A DNA stretch of 64,000 nt from Octopus sinensis (Eukaryota). Of the stretch, positions 35,284 to 48,300 are shown in pieces. The stretch lies in assembly GCF_006345805.1 (NCBI RefSeq), contig NC_042997.1, positions 201,128,001-201,192,000 of the forward strand. Direction: 5' to 3'. Position 1 is the first letter of the stretch. Each line of letters begins with the position of its first letter. The position numbers and the translations under genes were made by a program. The notes below the pieces were generated by a model, which saw only the letters and a list, made by a program, of their open reading frames with translations, searched no databases and was not told the DNA's origin.

Positions 35284-36041
35284 ATTGCAATACAAATGTA
35301 TGGCTTTCCAGTAAAATAAAGCATCGTAAAGGTAGAAGTATAAATATAGAGTAGTGGTACAACAAGGCACCAATATTTGCTGGAAATAGCAGTTGATACA
35401 TTTACAACGCTATAGTAAGGCGTTTGAGTGCAAGTAACATGTTCTCAGGAACTATTAGACCTGACACCGTGTATTAACCGGTGTTGTTCAAACGATGAAT
35501 AACTTAGCATAAATCATGGTCCGTTTTGTTCTCTTACTTTATTATCATCTTATAATCATCTCATAATAATGACTTTTATGACTCGTATTACTACCTCAGT
35601 CAATCTAAATGTATATATTTGTCTTTACCTGTCATAAATAACCTTTTTTTATTTGCAATGTGCATTTTCGTTGATTTTTCATATTTTACCCCTATATATA
35701 TATCATCATCATCGTTTAGCATCTGATTTCCATGCTAGCATGGGTTGCAAGCATAATTAATTGCTTTTATGTATGTGTGCATATATATGTATATATGTGT
35801 ACAAGCACACAAAATGTACATCTGCATGCACCATTATTGATATTCATATTTCAAAAAGTATTCAAACAGTAAATGCTTTGAAAAGAAAACTAGGCTCGGT
35901 TTACCAGCAGATGGTCAGAAATAAGTCAGAGCACCTGAAATAGCAGCTGTTCAGTGATAATATATAAAAGAGTACTCTACATTGAACACCTACACCCCTA
36001 ATCTACACTCACCCTTCAAAACTTGTTCTTCATTCCTTATA

Positions 36042-36900
36042 CGGAATGATCGATAAGTATCTGGACTAGTGCCATAGTGACAAAGCTAAAGCAAGTCCGC
36101 TGAGCAAACATTGGCCTTCAACTCTGCTGTGCATGTGCACTAAGTTCTAACGTTCTAGCTCACTTCTGCTGTTTACAGCAGTGCTTGGAAGGAAGGTGTG
36201 TAGCATGTGATCATTGTATTGACCATGACAGAGAAAGTTGTCATGGTGATACCTGCTCAGAGGCCTACGCAAAGTTGCAGAAAGTGTATGGAGAGGAGTG
36301 TATGAGCCACACACAAGTGTACGAGTGGTTCAGACGTTTCCAAGATGGCCGAAAAAATGTCGATATTGATGAACATTCTGGGAGACTTGCAACCAGAAGA
36401 ATCGAAAAAAACATCGGAGATGTGTGTAAAGCTGTGAGGGGAAATTGTCAAATCACCATCCGTGAGTTATCAGAGAATGTGCAGACTAGTTACGGTTCAG
36501 TTCAGTCTATTATCACTGAAGATTGGAGTATGAGATGCGTGACTGCCAAGTTTGTACAAAAACTGCTTTCAGTTGACCAAAAAGACACAAGGTCTCCTTA
36601 AATGTGTCAAGAACGATGAAAACTTTTGAAATCTTTGTGTAGGCCTCTGTGCAGGTATCACAAAGCTTTTGGCAAAATTTGATGCAGATTCTCTACTCAA
36701 CTTTTTCTGTCATGCTCAATGTGATGAACATACGCTACACATGTTACTTCCAAGTATTGCTGTAAACAACAGAAGTGAGATAGAACATTAAAACTTAGTT
36801 CAAGCAGAGTTCAAGATCAATCTGAACCAAGCGGCTTCACTGACCATGCTTTAGCTTTGTTACTATGGCAACAGTTCGGATACTTAATGATCAGACCACG
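36042..36900 (+). mobile_element. Non-autonomous mariner derivative, second copy
   Basis: TA flanks, long inverted arms, ORF 36185-36601 (QVYEWFRRFQDGR..SGR..TAKFVQKLL). Confidence 0.9.
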
Positions 36901-37083
36901 TATTCACACACACCCTCACCCATTCGCTATCCCTCACCTTTTGTTGCTGTCTTGCAACCTCTACCCCCCCCCACCATACCACACGTCTACTCACCTCATA
37001 CTTTGCAGTGCCACCTAGACTCCTCGTCACCCCTATTCTTATTTCTTCCCTGTTCCGCCTGAATCACTTGCCTCTCCACACAG

Positions 37084-37390
37084 CAGTGATTCTCAATCAG
37101 GCCCCAAATGACTCCTGGGGGTCCATGTAAGACTTTTAGGTATCCACGTAAGCAACATAGTAAACTGGGGGTCTACAGGTGTATTTTAAGGGCCCATGAA
37201 AAATGTTACCTTGGATATATTTTACTGCAAGAAACAGCTGCATTTCTTTCTTTGATGCTTTATATAGTTCGACCTACGCAAGATAATTTGTGAAAAAGAG
37301 GTATTTTGAAAGAAATATCTATAAAACTAGTTTTCAAAGATCAAATGGCTACAGTGGGTGGGGTCCACCAGAATGGAATAGAAAGCAGAG
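37084..37390 (+). mobile_element. hAT-like MITE, partial
   Basis: CAGTGATTCTCAA start; homologous to the split copy at 1070-2887. Confidence 0.55.
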
Positions 37391-37394
37391 GAAT

Positions 37395-38100
37395 TCATCA
37401 TCATCATCATCATTGTTGTTTAATGTCCCCTTTCCATGTTGGCATGGGTTGGACGGTTTGACTGAGGATTGGCAAGCCAGAAGGCTGCACCCAGCTCCAA
37501 TCTGATCTGGCAAAGTTTCTACAGCTGGATGCCCTTCCTAGCACCAACCACTCTGAGAGTGTAGTGGGTGCTATTACGTTCCACCGGCATGAGGGCCAGT
37601 CAGGCAGCACTGGCAACGACCATGCTCAGAAGGTGTTTTTTTATGTGCCACCTGCATGGGAGCCAGTCCGGTGGCACTGGCAATGACCGCACTCAAGTGT
37701 TTTTCACGTGCCAGTAAGGCAACACTGGCAATGATCACCCTCGAATGGCGCTTTTAATATCCCACTGGCACGAGTGCCAATCAGGTGGTACTGTCATTGG
37801 CCACATCAGCGATTTTGATTTCACTTGCCTCAACAGGCCTTCGCAAGCAAAGTTTATTGTCCAATGAATGAAGGGTACTCATAAGTGGGCTAGTTATATA
37901 CCACCGGCATAGGCCGCGGGTTATAGTCTCACTTGGCTTGTTGGGTCTTCTCAAGCAGAGCATACCTCCAAAGGACTCGATCACTAGTCATTGCCTCAGT
38001 AAGGCCCAATGTTTGAAGGTCGTGCTTCACCACCTCATTCCAGGTCTTCCTGGGTCTACCTCTTCCACAGGTTCCCTCAACTGCTAGGGTGTGACACTTT
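37395..38100 (-). mobile_element. 5'-truncated RTE LINE with the ORF2 end and a complete 3' UTR
   Basis: CHTLAVEGTCGRGRPRKTWNEVVKHDLQTLGLTEAMTSDRVLWRYALLEKTQQAK* joined to the modular UTR and (GAT)n; ties the tail family to RTE. Confidence 0.92.
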
Positions 38101-38564
38101 AAAAAACGGTTGAGAAACAATGCTTTACAGAAAGAAACCTGTTTTGTTTTAATCCCTCCTTTCAGCTCTTGATCTCCATCCAGTAAACACCATTTGCAAG
38201 GCATTACTCAACCAAGACCTATAGCAGGAGACATTTGTGCAAAGTGCCAGAGCATAGGATTGAACACAGAACCATGTGGTTAGGAAGCATATGGCTTTTA
38301 CCACACAACCACACCTGTGTCTATTGATCATAATATACCTCTTAACCATTGTAGAGCAATAATAATCTCAAGACAGTCTTTTCCCCTTTTCCTTCCTTGT
38401 CTTATTCGTTTCTCTCCTTCTTTCCTCTTTGGACTCATTCTCATAGCATTTCGGTATTTGTTCTCTCGCATAATAAACTCATAAACCATCAGAAAACCAA
38501 AAAAAAAATTGCAGAGCAAAGAATCAACAGACACAGCCATAAAGATCTCGGACAACAGACAATG

Positions 38565-38615
38565 ACACACACACACACTCTCTCTCTCTCTCTCTCTCAC
38601 TTTCTCTCTTTTTCT

Positions 38616-38670
<55 letters not shown>

Positions 38671-39125
38671 AATCTTTCTCTCTCTCTCTCTCGCTTTCTC
38701 TCTTTTTCTTTATCGATCTATCTCTTTCTCTCTCTCTCTTTCAGTCTTTTCTCTCACACAGAATCTTTCCTCTCTCTCGCTATCTTTCTATCTCTCTCTC
38801 TTGACCTTTCTCTCTCTTCCAATCTTTTTCTCTCACTCACAATCATTCCCCCCTCTCTCTCTCACTCACCCCTCTTTCTATCTCTCCACGCTCTTACCCC
38901 CTCCCTGTATATTCCCTCCTCTCTCTCTCTCTCTCTCTCTCTTGCATGCTCGCCCCTCTTTCTATCTCTCCACTCTCTGACCCTCTCTCTGTATATTCCT
39001 CTCTCTCTCTCTCCTCCCTGCTCTTTCACTTCTCTCCTTTCCTCTCTCTCCCTCCCTCTTTCCCCCTCACCATTTCCATCACTCTCTTCCTTCCTTCCTT
39101 CCTTCCTTCTCTCTCTCTCTCTCCC
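38565..39125. repeat. (CT)/(CTAT)n polypyrimidine tract
   Basis: Direct reading. Confidence 0.92.
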
Positions 39126-39509
39126 TTTTGTCTCAATGACAAATGAATCCCTCCTCCTTATAATACTTACAGACAATATACATTTCACAGATAAAGCAAG
39201 AAAAGAAGAAAAAAACAACAATAAAGAAAACATAATAAACAGAATAGATAAACAGACAAAAAAAAACATCATTGAAAGAAACGTTATGAAGAAATTCTGC
39301 CATCCACCCAAGGAACACTTTCGCTTCACAGAATGGTTCCTTCAGATTAAAGAGAGAGATATTGGTTTTGTTGTAATATTTATGAACTTCACAATTCACT
39401 TTCAATGGTGCCAATGTAAACGGAGGGAAGCAGAGAGCAATAACGCAATAATTAGCAATAGAAAATCAATTTTTATGACTCGAGACCAGTTCATTTATGG
39501 ATGTGTTAT

Positions 39510-39589
39510 ACACACACACACACACACATATATATGCACTGTATACACATACCTGTGTGTGAGTATATGTATGTTTGTATGCATTTGCA

Positions 39590-39634
<45 letters not shown>

Positions 39635-39774
39635 ATATATATATATATATGTATAAATTTATATATTATATATATATATATATTATATATATATAATATA
39701 TATATTTATACATATATATATATATATAATATATATATTTATACATATATATATATATATGTATATATATATCT

Positions 39775-39821
<47 letters not shown>

Positions 39822-40020
39822 CATATATATATATATATTTATACATATATATATATACACATACACTCACACACACACACTGTGTATGCATACTTGTGTG
39901 TGTGTGTGTGTGTGTATGTGTGTGTGTGTGAGTGTACATGTGTTTGTGTGTATCGGCATCTGCATGTGTGTATATATATAGAGAGAGATAGATAGATAGA
40001 TAGATAGCTGGATACATAGA
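39510..40020. repeat. (TA)/(CA)/(GT)/(GATA)n compound microsatellite
   Basis: Direct reading. Confidence 0.95.
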
Positions 40021-40042
40021 TATACACCCTGACATATATATA

Positions 40043-40370
40043 CATCATCATCATCATTTAATGTCTGTTGTCTCCACGCTGGCATGGGTTGGACAGTTTG
40101 TCTGGGCTGGTACACTGGAAGGCTGCGTCAAGATCCACTCTGATTTGGCATAGTTTTCTACAGCTGGATGCCCTACCTAACACCAACCACTCTGAGAGTG
40201 TAATGGGTGTTTTTACATGCTGCCAGCACAGGTGCCATTTGTGTGGCACCAGTATCTACCACGATTGTGATTTTGCTTAGCTTGATGGGTCTTCTTCACA
40301 AGCAGAACATAATGCCAAAGGTCTTGGTCATTGCCTCCAGTGGGCCCAACACTCAAAAGGAACTTTTTAG
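40043..40370 (-). mobile_element. RTE tail, subfamily of the 1290 copy
   Basis: Contains the second ORF-end pseudo-copy and one 42-bp unit. Confidence 0.82.
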
Positions 40371-40487
40371 GTGACAATAAGCATATACTGTAAATGTGTT
40401 GGCTATTATAAAAATAAACAGAAGAAACGATAATGTGCTTTATAAACAGCGCAGAGGTTGGAAACTTCTTTATTGTTGAATATGAAA

Positions 40488-40703
40488 CATGAAACATGCA
40501 TAGAATATGAAACATGCATAGAATATGAAACATGCATAGAATATGAAACATGCATAGAATATGAAACATGCATAGAATATGAAACATGCATAGAATATGA
40601 AACATGCATAGAATATGAAACATGCATAGAATATGAAACATGCATAGAATATGAAACATGCATAGAATATGAAACATGCATAGAATATGAAACATGCATA
40701 CAA
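40488..40703 (+). repeat. Near-perfect 18-bp minisatellite, about 12 units
   Basis: Unit GAATATGAAACATGCATA. Confidence 0.97.
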
Positions 40704-41191
40704 CACAAACGCATGACATTGAACTCAATAAACTCACACTACACACTCAGGTGTATCGGCTTCTGTGCTTAACAGTCGTTTTACTTTTTCTAGAGGGACA
40801 CAAAGTGTATTTAAATCATTACTAGACATTAAAGTTCTTACCATTGTGCATTTCAAACGCGATTCTTGGGTAAAAAGGTGAGTCAATATTGGATAGCACA
40901 AATTTATACTCTTTGAAAGACACACGTACCTCGTGAAGGCCACTATGCTATTAGTGGTGGGCAATTGTGGGGAATTATGTTACTCCCCCCTGCCACCATC
41001 AACCCAACGACGACGACGACTACCACCACCACCACCACCACCACCATGAAAGACGACCACTGCCGGTCTTTTAAGTGGAATTGTGTGAATGAGTGACTTT
41101 AGTATAGTAGGAGTTATAACTGAATCTCTGGATGACTAGCTCTCACAGAAATTATCTATATACATTAATGAATATATATAAACACACACTG

Positions 41192-41240
<49 letters not shown>

Positions 41241-41555
41241 AGAAAGAAAAAGGTGTTCAGAATGCTGGATGGTTGTATATAAAAAAATATAAGTATATTT
41301 ATTTACATATCACATATTATTTCTTCAAATCACATATTTTAGCGCTTTCAAGTACTACCGTAGTTTCATCAGAAATGTCAGTTTACAGAGTTTTGCCTGT
41401 TTTTATATTATTGGTGAATAAAGTGGGGAGAGAGAGAGAGTGTGTGTGTGTGTGTAATTATATTACTCCCCTGCCCACAGTCACCCCAATGACGGTCTGA
41501 TCTGGATCAGATCATCATTGGGGTGACAGTAAATTAAGTATATCTAAGTGGAAAA

Positions 41556-41788
41556 AAGGCGGTGAGCTGGCAGAACCGTTAGCACACCGGGCGAAATGCG
41601 TAGCTGTATTTCGTCTGCTGTTAAGTTCTGAGTTCAAATTCCGCCGAGGTCAACTTTGCCCTTCTTCCTTTCGGGGTCGATAAATTAAGTACTAGTTACG
41701 CACTGGGGTCTATATAATCAACTTAATCCGTTTGTCTGTCCTTGTTTGTCCCCTCTATGTTTAGCCCCTTGTGGGTAATAAAGAAACA
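41556..41788 (+). mobile_element. SINE-B, full length, 17-bp TSD with one mismatch
   Basis: TATAT(C/T)TAAGTGGAAAA at 41539-41555 and 41789-41805. Confidence 0.9.
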
Positions 41789-42448
41789 TATATTTAAGTG
41801 GAAAACTGACATGGCAGTGTTTTCATTCCTGGACAATTGCTCGTCTAAAAGTTATGTACGGTCTTTATACAAACTGTTTTAACTAATTCTTCTCTGAACG
41901 TTGCGATTCCAAGAAAGCAGTGATTGATGACTAGGTAAGGGGAAAATGTCCGCTGTGGTGAATAAACGTTGGGAAGTAAATAAGCTGTAGAGTCCCAAGT
42001 AAGAAAACACTGTTGAAACCTGATGACAGTATGGCTTGGCAATAGAAAGGCATTCGATTCGGTTCCCATCGTGTTTGTTGGAGCCCCCTGCTGTTGTAGC
42101 TGTTGCCACTGTAGAGTTCACAAAGATTTAGTCAACAACTCTCATATTTGTAGCTGAAGGCAAAATAATTTCATCGATGTTATAAACGTTTCAAAGGAAA
42201 TATTCCTAGGCGACAAAATGTCTGTGATTCTGTATATTTTGGTTCGATCCCCACAGTCATTTGTTTAAAAAGATTCAATGCAGTTGTGTAAAGTTCTACA
42301 ACATCGGGAGACAACATTGCTATCTCTTAATTTCTTTGCAGGCGAATTAAAAAAACTATGCAGAAAATATTTATTGTGCAGAGAAGCTTATAACTAAAAA
42401 TAAATCCATTTTCACTCAATGAAGAAATGGAATTTGATCAAAAGAAAT

Positions 42449-42740
42449 GTTAGTATTTAATAGCTGCAAATGGGCCTGCTCTTTTCAATGTTATCCCGAA
42501 AGAAATTAAAGTAGAAAAAGACCCCACAACTCTCAAACAGTACCTAGACAAATTTCTCCAAGAAATACTAGATAAACCACCTACACCTGGATACATCTCA
42601 ACCAACAACAACTCTCTGCTTGAGTGGTCCATGGTGTACCAAATAATTAACTAAAAGACTTTTGCAGGTGGTGCTATTGAGTTAGTCATGGCCCGGGCCG
42701 ATAATGACCGAAACCAATCTAAGTTAGATTATCTAAGTTA
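42449..42740 (+). mobile_element. CR1/L2-group LINE 3' end
   Basis: GPALFNVIPKEIK..LKQYLDKFLQEILDKPPTPGYISTNNNSLLEW then a short UTR ending ..GAAACCAATCTAAGTTA. Confidence 0.75.
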
Positions 42741-42754
42741 TATACATAGGTGTA

Positions 42755-42856
<102 letters not shown>

Positions 42857-43199
42857 ACTTGTTGTTAGCATCCTTTTTGTCTTGGGAGACAATGGAGTTT
42901 TGCATAAAATAATCTAGTCCAGCTTTTACATTTCATGTCCTAATACATTTCCTGCTGTGGCTGTGTAGTCCTATCCTGGACAAACACTCCCTCTGGCAGG
43001 TGCTGCAAATGTAGTGATGACTTTGCCTGGCTGGTTGTAATGTCATAGTTTCTTGTTGACGTCTTTTCTTGTCTTTCCATTTCTCCTCTCTCTCTCTCTG
43101 TCACTCCTTTGTGTTCCCTCTTTTACGGTACGTCGCCAATCCCCACGGTTACTGGCAACTACTTCCCAGTTGCTAATATTGATGTTGCAGGCCTTCATG

Positions 43200-43535
43200 T
43201 CCCTTTTGCAAACATTATATTATTATATATGTGTGTGTGTGTGTGTGTGTATATACATATATATATGCAATGGGCTTCTTTCAGTTTCTGCCTACGAAAT
43301 CCACTCGCAAGGCTAGAAGGAACTTTCCCAAGGTGCCATGCAGTGGGACTGAGCACAGAACCATATGATTGGGAAGCAAGTTTTTACCACGCAGCTACAC
43401 CTGTGCTTGTTTACAGGTCTTGTGGAGCTTTTAGGTGTTTTCGCTCAATAAACACTCACAACGCCTGGTCTGGGAATCGAAACAGCGATCCTACGACTGC
43501 AAGTCCGATGCCCTAACCACTGGGCCATCGCACCT
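43200..43535 (-). mobile_element. SINE-A head fragment followed by a SINE-C head fragment
   Basis: 43260-43405 matches the SINE-A head; 43410-43535 matches 53395. Confidence 0.72.
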
Positions 43536-43944
43536 GCACATATGGACAGTACACATGGATGATGTACCACAAACCTGTGCACCGTAAAACCTTCAATGCT
43601 GACAAAACATCTGAGACAGATCAGGAACATTATGTGAAAAGACGTAATCAAGTGCATCATTCGTGGAAAAGAGAGAAAAAAAAGACAGGTTTCTTGGTTA
43701 ATTTTTCTAATTACAAAGGGTGTGTTCATAATAAATATAATTTTTTCAGTGTTTTAGGGTGGAATTTTTAAAATGCAGCTATTATTTATCATAAATTTTT
43801 TTTTGCTGTTTAGTGTCAATAATTCAATTAGCTTTCATTTGAAACTCTTAGAAAACAAATGATTGGGACATTTTTTTTAATGTATTTTTTTTGGCATTTT
43901 GTCACTGTTTTATGTGTCGATTCTGATGTGTTTGTAATATTAAT

Positions 43945-44220
43945 CACCACCACCACTACCACCACCACCACCATCACCACCAGTGCCGCCACCACCACCA
44001 CCACACCACCACCACCATTACCACCACCACCACCACACCATCACCACTACTACCACCACCACCATCACCACCACCACCACCACCACCACCACTACCACCA
44101 CCACTACCACTACCACTACACCACCACCACCATTACCACCACCACCATTACCATCACCACCAGTGTCACTGCTGCTGCCACCACCACCATCACCACCACC
44201 ACCACCACTACCATCACCAT

Positions 44221-44268
<48 letters not shown>

Positions 44269-44270
44269 CC
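43945..44270. repeat. (CAC)/(TAC)n microsatellite
   Basis: Direct reading. Confidence 0.95.
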
Positions 44271-44459
44271 ACACATTATCTCACCTGTCTTTTATTTTTA
44301 TTACATGCTTTCAAAGCGCAACAGATTGCAGCTATGTGTGCATCGGATACATGTAAATTATTATTATTATTATTATTGTCGTTGTCGTTGTTGTAGTAGT
44401 AGTAGTAGTTATTGATGCTGTTATTATTCTCGTTTTGTTGCTGTTGTTGTTGTTGGCAT

Positions 44460-45380
44460 ATGTGTGTGTGTGTGTGTGTGTCTACATATTTATGTATGTA
44501 TGTATGCAAATAAACGCACATATATCTATACGCATACATCTGTTCATAAGTGCAAACTTTCATACATTCACCCATATATGCATACACACATGCATACATA
44601 CACACACATGCATACATACACACACAAATACATACATACATACACACATACACACATACATACACAAATGCATACACATACACACACATACATGCATATA
44701 CACACATATATGCATATATACACACACATACATACATGCATATATATACACACATACATACACATATACATACATACACACACACAATACATACATATAT
44801 ACATTCATATGTACTTACATACACACACACATACATATATACATACATACACACATACACACATACATACACACACACATGCATACACACATACACACAT
44901 GCATGCATACACACACATACATACACACATACATACATACATACATACATACATGCATATATACATACATACATACACACATAGATACATAATACATACA
45001 TACATACACACATACATACATGCATACATACATACACACATACATACATGCATACATACATACACACATACATACATACATAAACACATACATACATACA
45101 TACATACATACACACACACCTACATACATACATACACACACACACACATACATACATACATACACACATGCATACATACATACATGCATACATGCACACA
45201 TACATACGTACATACATACATACATACACACACACACATACATACATACACACACACACATACATACATACACACACATACATACATAAACACATACATA
45301 CACACACACATACATACATAAACACACACACACATACATACATACATACATACATACATTCATATGTACACACACATATG
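44460..45380. repeat. ~900-bp (TACA)/(CA)n microsatellite
   Basis: Direct reading. Confidence 0.95.
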
Positions 45381-45895
45381 TGTTCCTTAAACTATTTTCA
45401 TGCTTCAGTGTTGTACATTTACTAAACTTTTCCTATATTTTTAACATCAGGGTACATTAGTAACTATTGATGATTAAAATTGTAGTAAAAGAATTTTAAA
45501 CACGATAGAACAAGACGGCTGGGAGATATAAAATCTAAGATCAAAAGACAGACACAAACGAATAAATACGTTCATATTCCCATAAAAAAAACCCTTTTTT
45601 TTTCATTTTTATTTATTTTCTGTTTGACTTTATGTTATCTTTTCTGAAAATTGAATTGCAGAGAATCAAAAGTATCGACTGGTATTTGCAGGAGAGACAA
45701 GAGACGAGAGATGAGAGATGAGAGATGAGAGAGGGTTATATTTTAGTGAAGAATATTTAATGCAAATAGGAGATGTCTGGCAGATGAGAAAAAACAAAAC
45801 AGAATGTGAAGAGAGCTCCAGGAGAAAGCTATCAATTTAAGGGGTAAATGAAGAAATCAATGGTAAAAAGAAGAGATTGTCAGGGATGGAGAGAG

Positions 45896-46057
45896 ATTAT
45901 TTATTTACATTATTTACATTGGACGGATATTTGTCTTCATCCTGCTTGTTGTTGACCCGTTTCGGCTGATGCACTTTCCAGCCTTCATCAGGTGTCCTGG
46001 GAGGATTTCAAACCTGGGTTCTCATTCCTAAGGTATTTTTCTGATGTTATTATTATT
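45896..46057 (-). mobile_element. Hammerhead element 3' half, short end
   Basis: GACAC CUGAUGA A GGCUGG AAAGUGCA UCAGCC GAAAC at 45959-45996; cleavage-site region altered. Confidence 0.82.
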
Positions 46058-46358
46058 AAAAACATTATAAACGTCGCCCTTTTCAAGCCTAGCCAGGCTC
46101 ATGGGCCTGGTTTCCCAGTTTCTGTGGTGTATGTGTTTCCCTCAGCTGGATGGGATGCCAGTCCATCACAGCGTTGCTCAAGAAACAGGAAGAGAGAGTG
46201 AGAGAAAGTTGTGGCAAAAGAGTACAACAGGGGTCGCCACCACACCCTGCTGGAGCCTCATGGAGTTTTAGGTGTTTTCACTCAATAAACACGCACAACA
46301 CCTAATCTGGGAATCAAAACCACAATCCTCTGACTGCGAGTCCGCTGCCCTAACCACT
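46058..46358 (-). mobile_element. SINE-C inserted in a (TTA)n tract
   Basis: Head AGTGGTTAGGGCAGCGGACTCGCAGTC.., tail GATGGACTGGCATCCCATCCAG; TTA repeats on both sides. Confidence 0.8.
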
Positions 46359-46617
46359 GTTATTATTATTATTATTTTAAATTCATCCCACACATGATCA
46401 GCAAACCCAATTTATCAATATCTCCTCATGTCACAGCTTTAAGATGTTGCTCTATTTTAAGGGGGCAGTATGTTTCACACCTCTCAAATATAGAACTGTG
46501 GATGGAGAGAGGTTTAAGATAAAACTATAAAACAAAGGAAATTAGGTTGCATTAGCTTTGATGTTGCAGAGACAAGTGGCTTAGTGGTCAGGTTGCTAGG
46601 CTCATGATCACAAGATT

Positions 46618-47020
46618 CATCATCATCATCATCATCATCGTTTAATGTCTGTTTTCCATGCTGGCATGGGTTGGACGGTTTGACTGGGGATTGGCAAGCC
46701 AGGAGGCCACACCAGGCTCCAGTCTGATCTGGCAGTGTGTCTACAGCTGGATGCCCTTCCTAACACCAACCACCTCGTGAGCATAGTGGGTGCTTTTTAC
46801 GTGCCACCAGCATGGGAGCCAGTCAGGTGGCACTGGTATCGGCCACATTCGAATGGTGTTTTTTACATGTTACTGGCCACAGGAGCCAGTCAGGGCAGGG
46901 TGGGGGGTCTGGCTGGCATTGACCAAGTTTGGATAGTGCTTTTTACTTGTCACTGGCACGGGGAGCCAGTCAAGTGGCACTGGCAACGACACACACATGA
47001 ATGGTGCTCACAAGACAATA
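46618..47020 (-). mobile_element. RTE tail
   Basis: (ATC)n + conserved tail + modules. Confidence 0.85.
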
Positions 47021-47134
47021 ACAGGAGTGAGGGTGGCTTAAAATTTAGAGGTTTTCTGAAAGGATATTTTGGTGTGAACTCTTGGTTCACCACTCTCAAG
47101 TGGTCTTAAAGTATGCTTGTTCACCATCTTGAAT

Positions 47135-47640
47135 CATCATCATCATCACCATCATCGTTTAACGTCCGTTTTCCATGCTAGCATGGGTTGGACGGTTTGA
47201 CCAGAGTCTGGGAAGCCAGTAGGCTGCACCAGACTCTAGTCTGATCTGGCGCTGTTTCTACAGCTGGATGCCCTTCCTAACACCAACCACTCCATGAGTG
47301 TAGTGGGCACTTTTTACATGCCACCAGCACGGAAACCAGTCACATTGGTCACATTCGGATGGTGCTTTTTATGTGCCACTGGCACGGGTATCACAATTAC
47401 AATTTCCATTTGATTTTTGTATTTTAATGTTGATGTACTTGACTCAGTAGGTCTCCTCAGGCACAGCAGGTCACCCTACGATCCATGGTAAGCACAACAG
47501 GTCATCCTACGATCCAAGGTACTTTGAATGGGCTGGGGCTGGTTATGTGAAGCTGGTGTAGGATACGCCGTGGACTCAGTTTATTTGTCGGGTCTTCACA
47601 GTCACAGCCTCCAGAGGTCTTGGTCTTTCGTCATTGCTTC
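47135..47640 (-). mobile_element. RTE LINE 3' end, second subfamily
   Basis: EAMTKDQDLW..KTRQIN* followed by a different upstream UTR and the shared terminal ~170 bp. Confidence 0.8.
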
Positions 47641-47919
47641 ACCTCTTCAATTTGTTGCTCAGTAGTTCTTGACTCTATACCGGGTTTCTCCACCATTTAA
47701 CAGGTCTTGTATTTCTCCTGCTGGGTCCCTAGCACAGTGGATGAGCTGGTTAAGTTGACAATGACCTAGCCATGAGATCAGATCATCCTTCTTTAGTGTC
47801 ATGTCTGAGAGTATCCCAGCTTAGTATCATACAAGACACCTGAATGGGGTGGTTATACCTGATTATATCTTACCTGTGGAACTCATTTGTGGCTGGGCAG
47901 ACATAATCACCTTTCTTTA

Positions 47920-48300
47920 TCTTGTGCCTTTCACTTGTTTAAGTCATTAGACTGTGGCCATGCTGGGGCAACACCTTCAAGTTTTATAGTCAAACAAACC
48001 GCTGAGTACTTATCTTATTTCTTTTTCTAAATCCTGGTACTTATTCTGTCAGTCTCTTTTGCCAAACCACTAAGTTACAAGGATGTAAATACACCAAAAT
48101 GGGTTGTCAAGCAGTGGTGGGAGGTAAACACACACACACACATTCACATACACACACACATGCACACTCACACACATAAGATGGGCTTCTTTCAGTTTCC
48201 ATCTACTAAACACACCCACAAGGTGCCAAAGCGTGGGACTGAACTTGGAACCATGTGGTTAGGAAGCAAACTTCTCACTGTACACCCACGTTTGTGCCTA
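47920..48300 (-). mobile_element. SINE-A with internal deletion
   Basis: Tail, (CA)n centre and head all recognisable. Confidence 0.8.

Noticed and set aside
35882-35945. 30-nt minus-strand micro-exon candidate
   Set aside because: It is open only in phase 2, which is incompatible with the open phases of the 34846 candidate; no other support.
42022-42070. CTGATGA...GAAA in the unique island
   Set aside because: Stem II does not start next to the core and stem I does not pair.
41879-42121. 80-aa minus-strand ORF MNSTVATATT..
   Set aside because: No recognisable domain; short ORFs of this size arise by chance.
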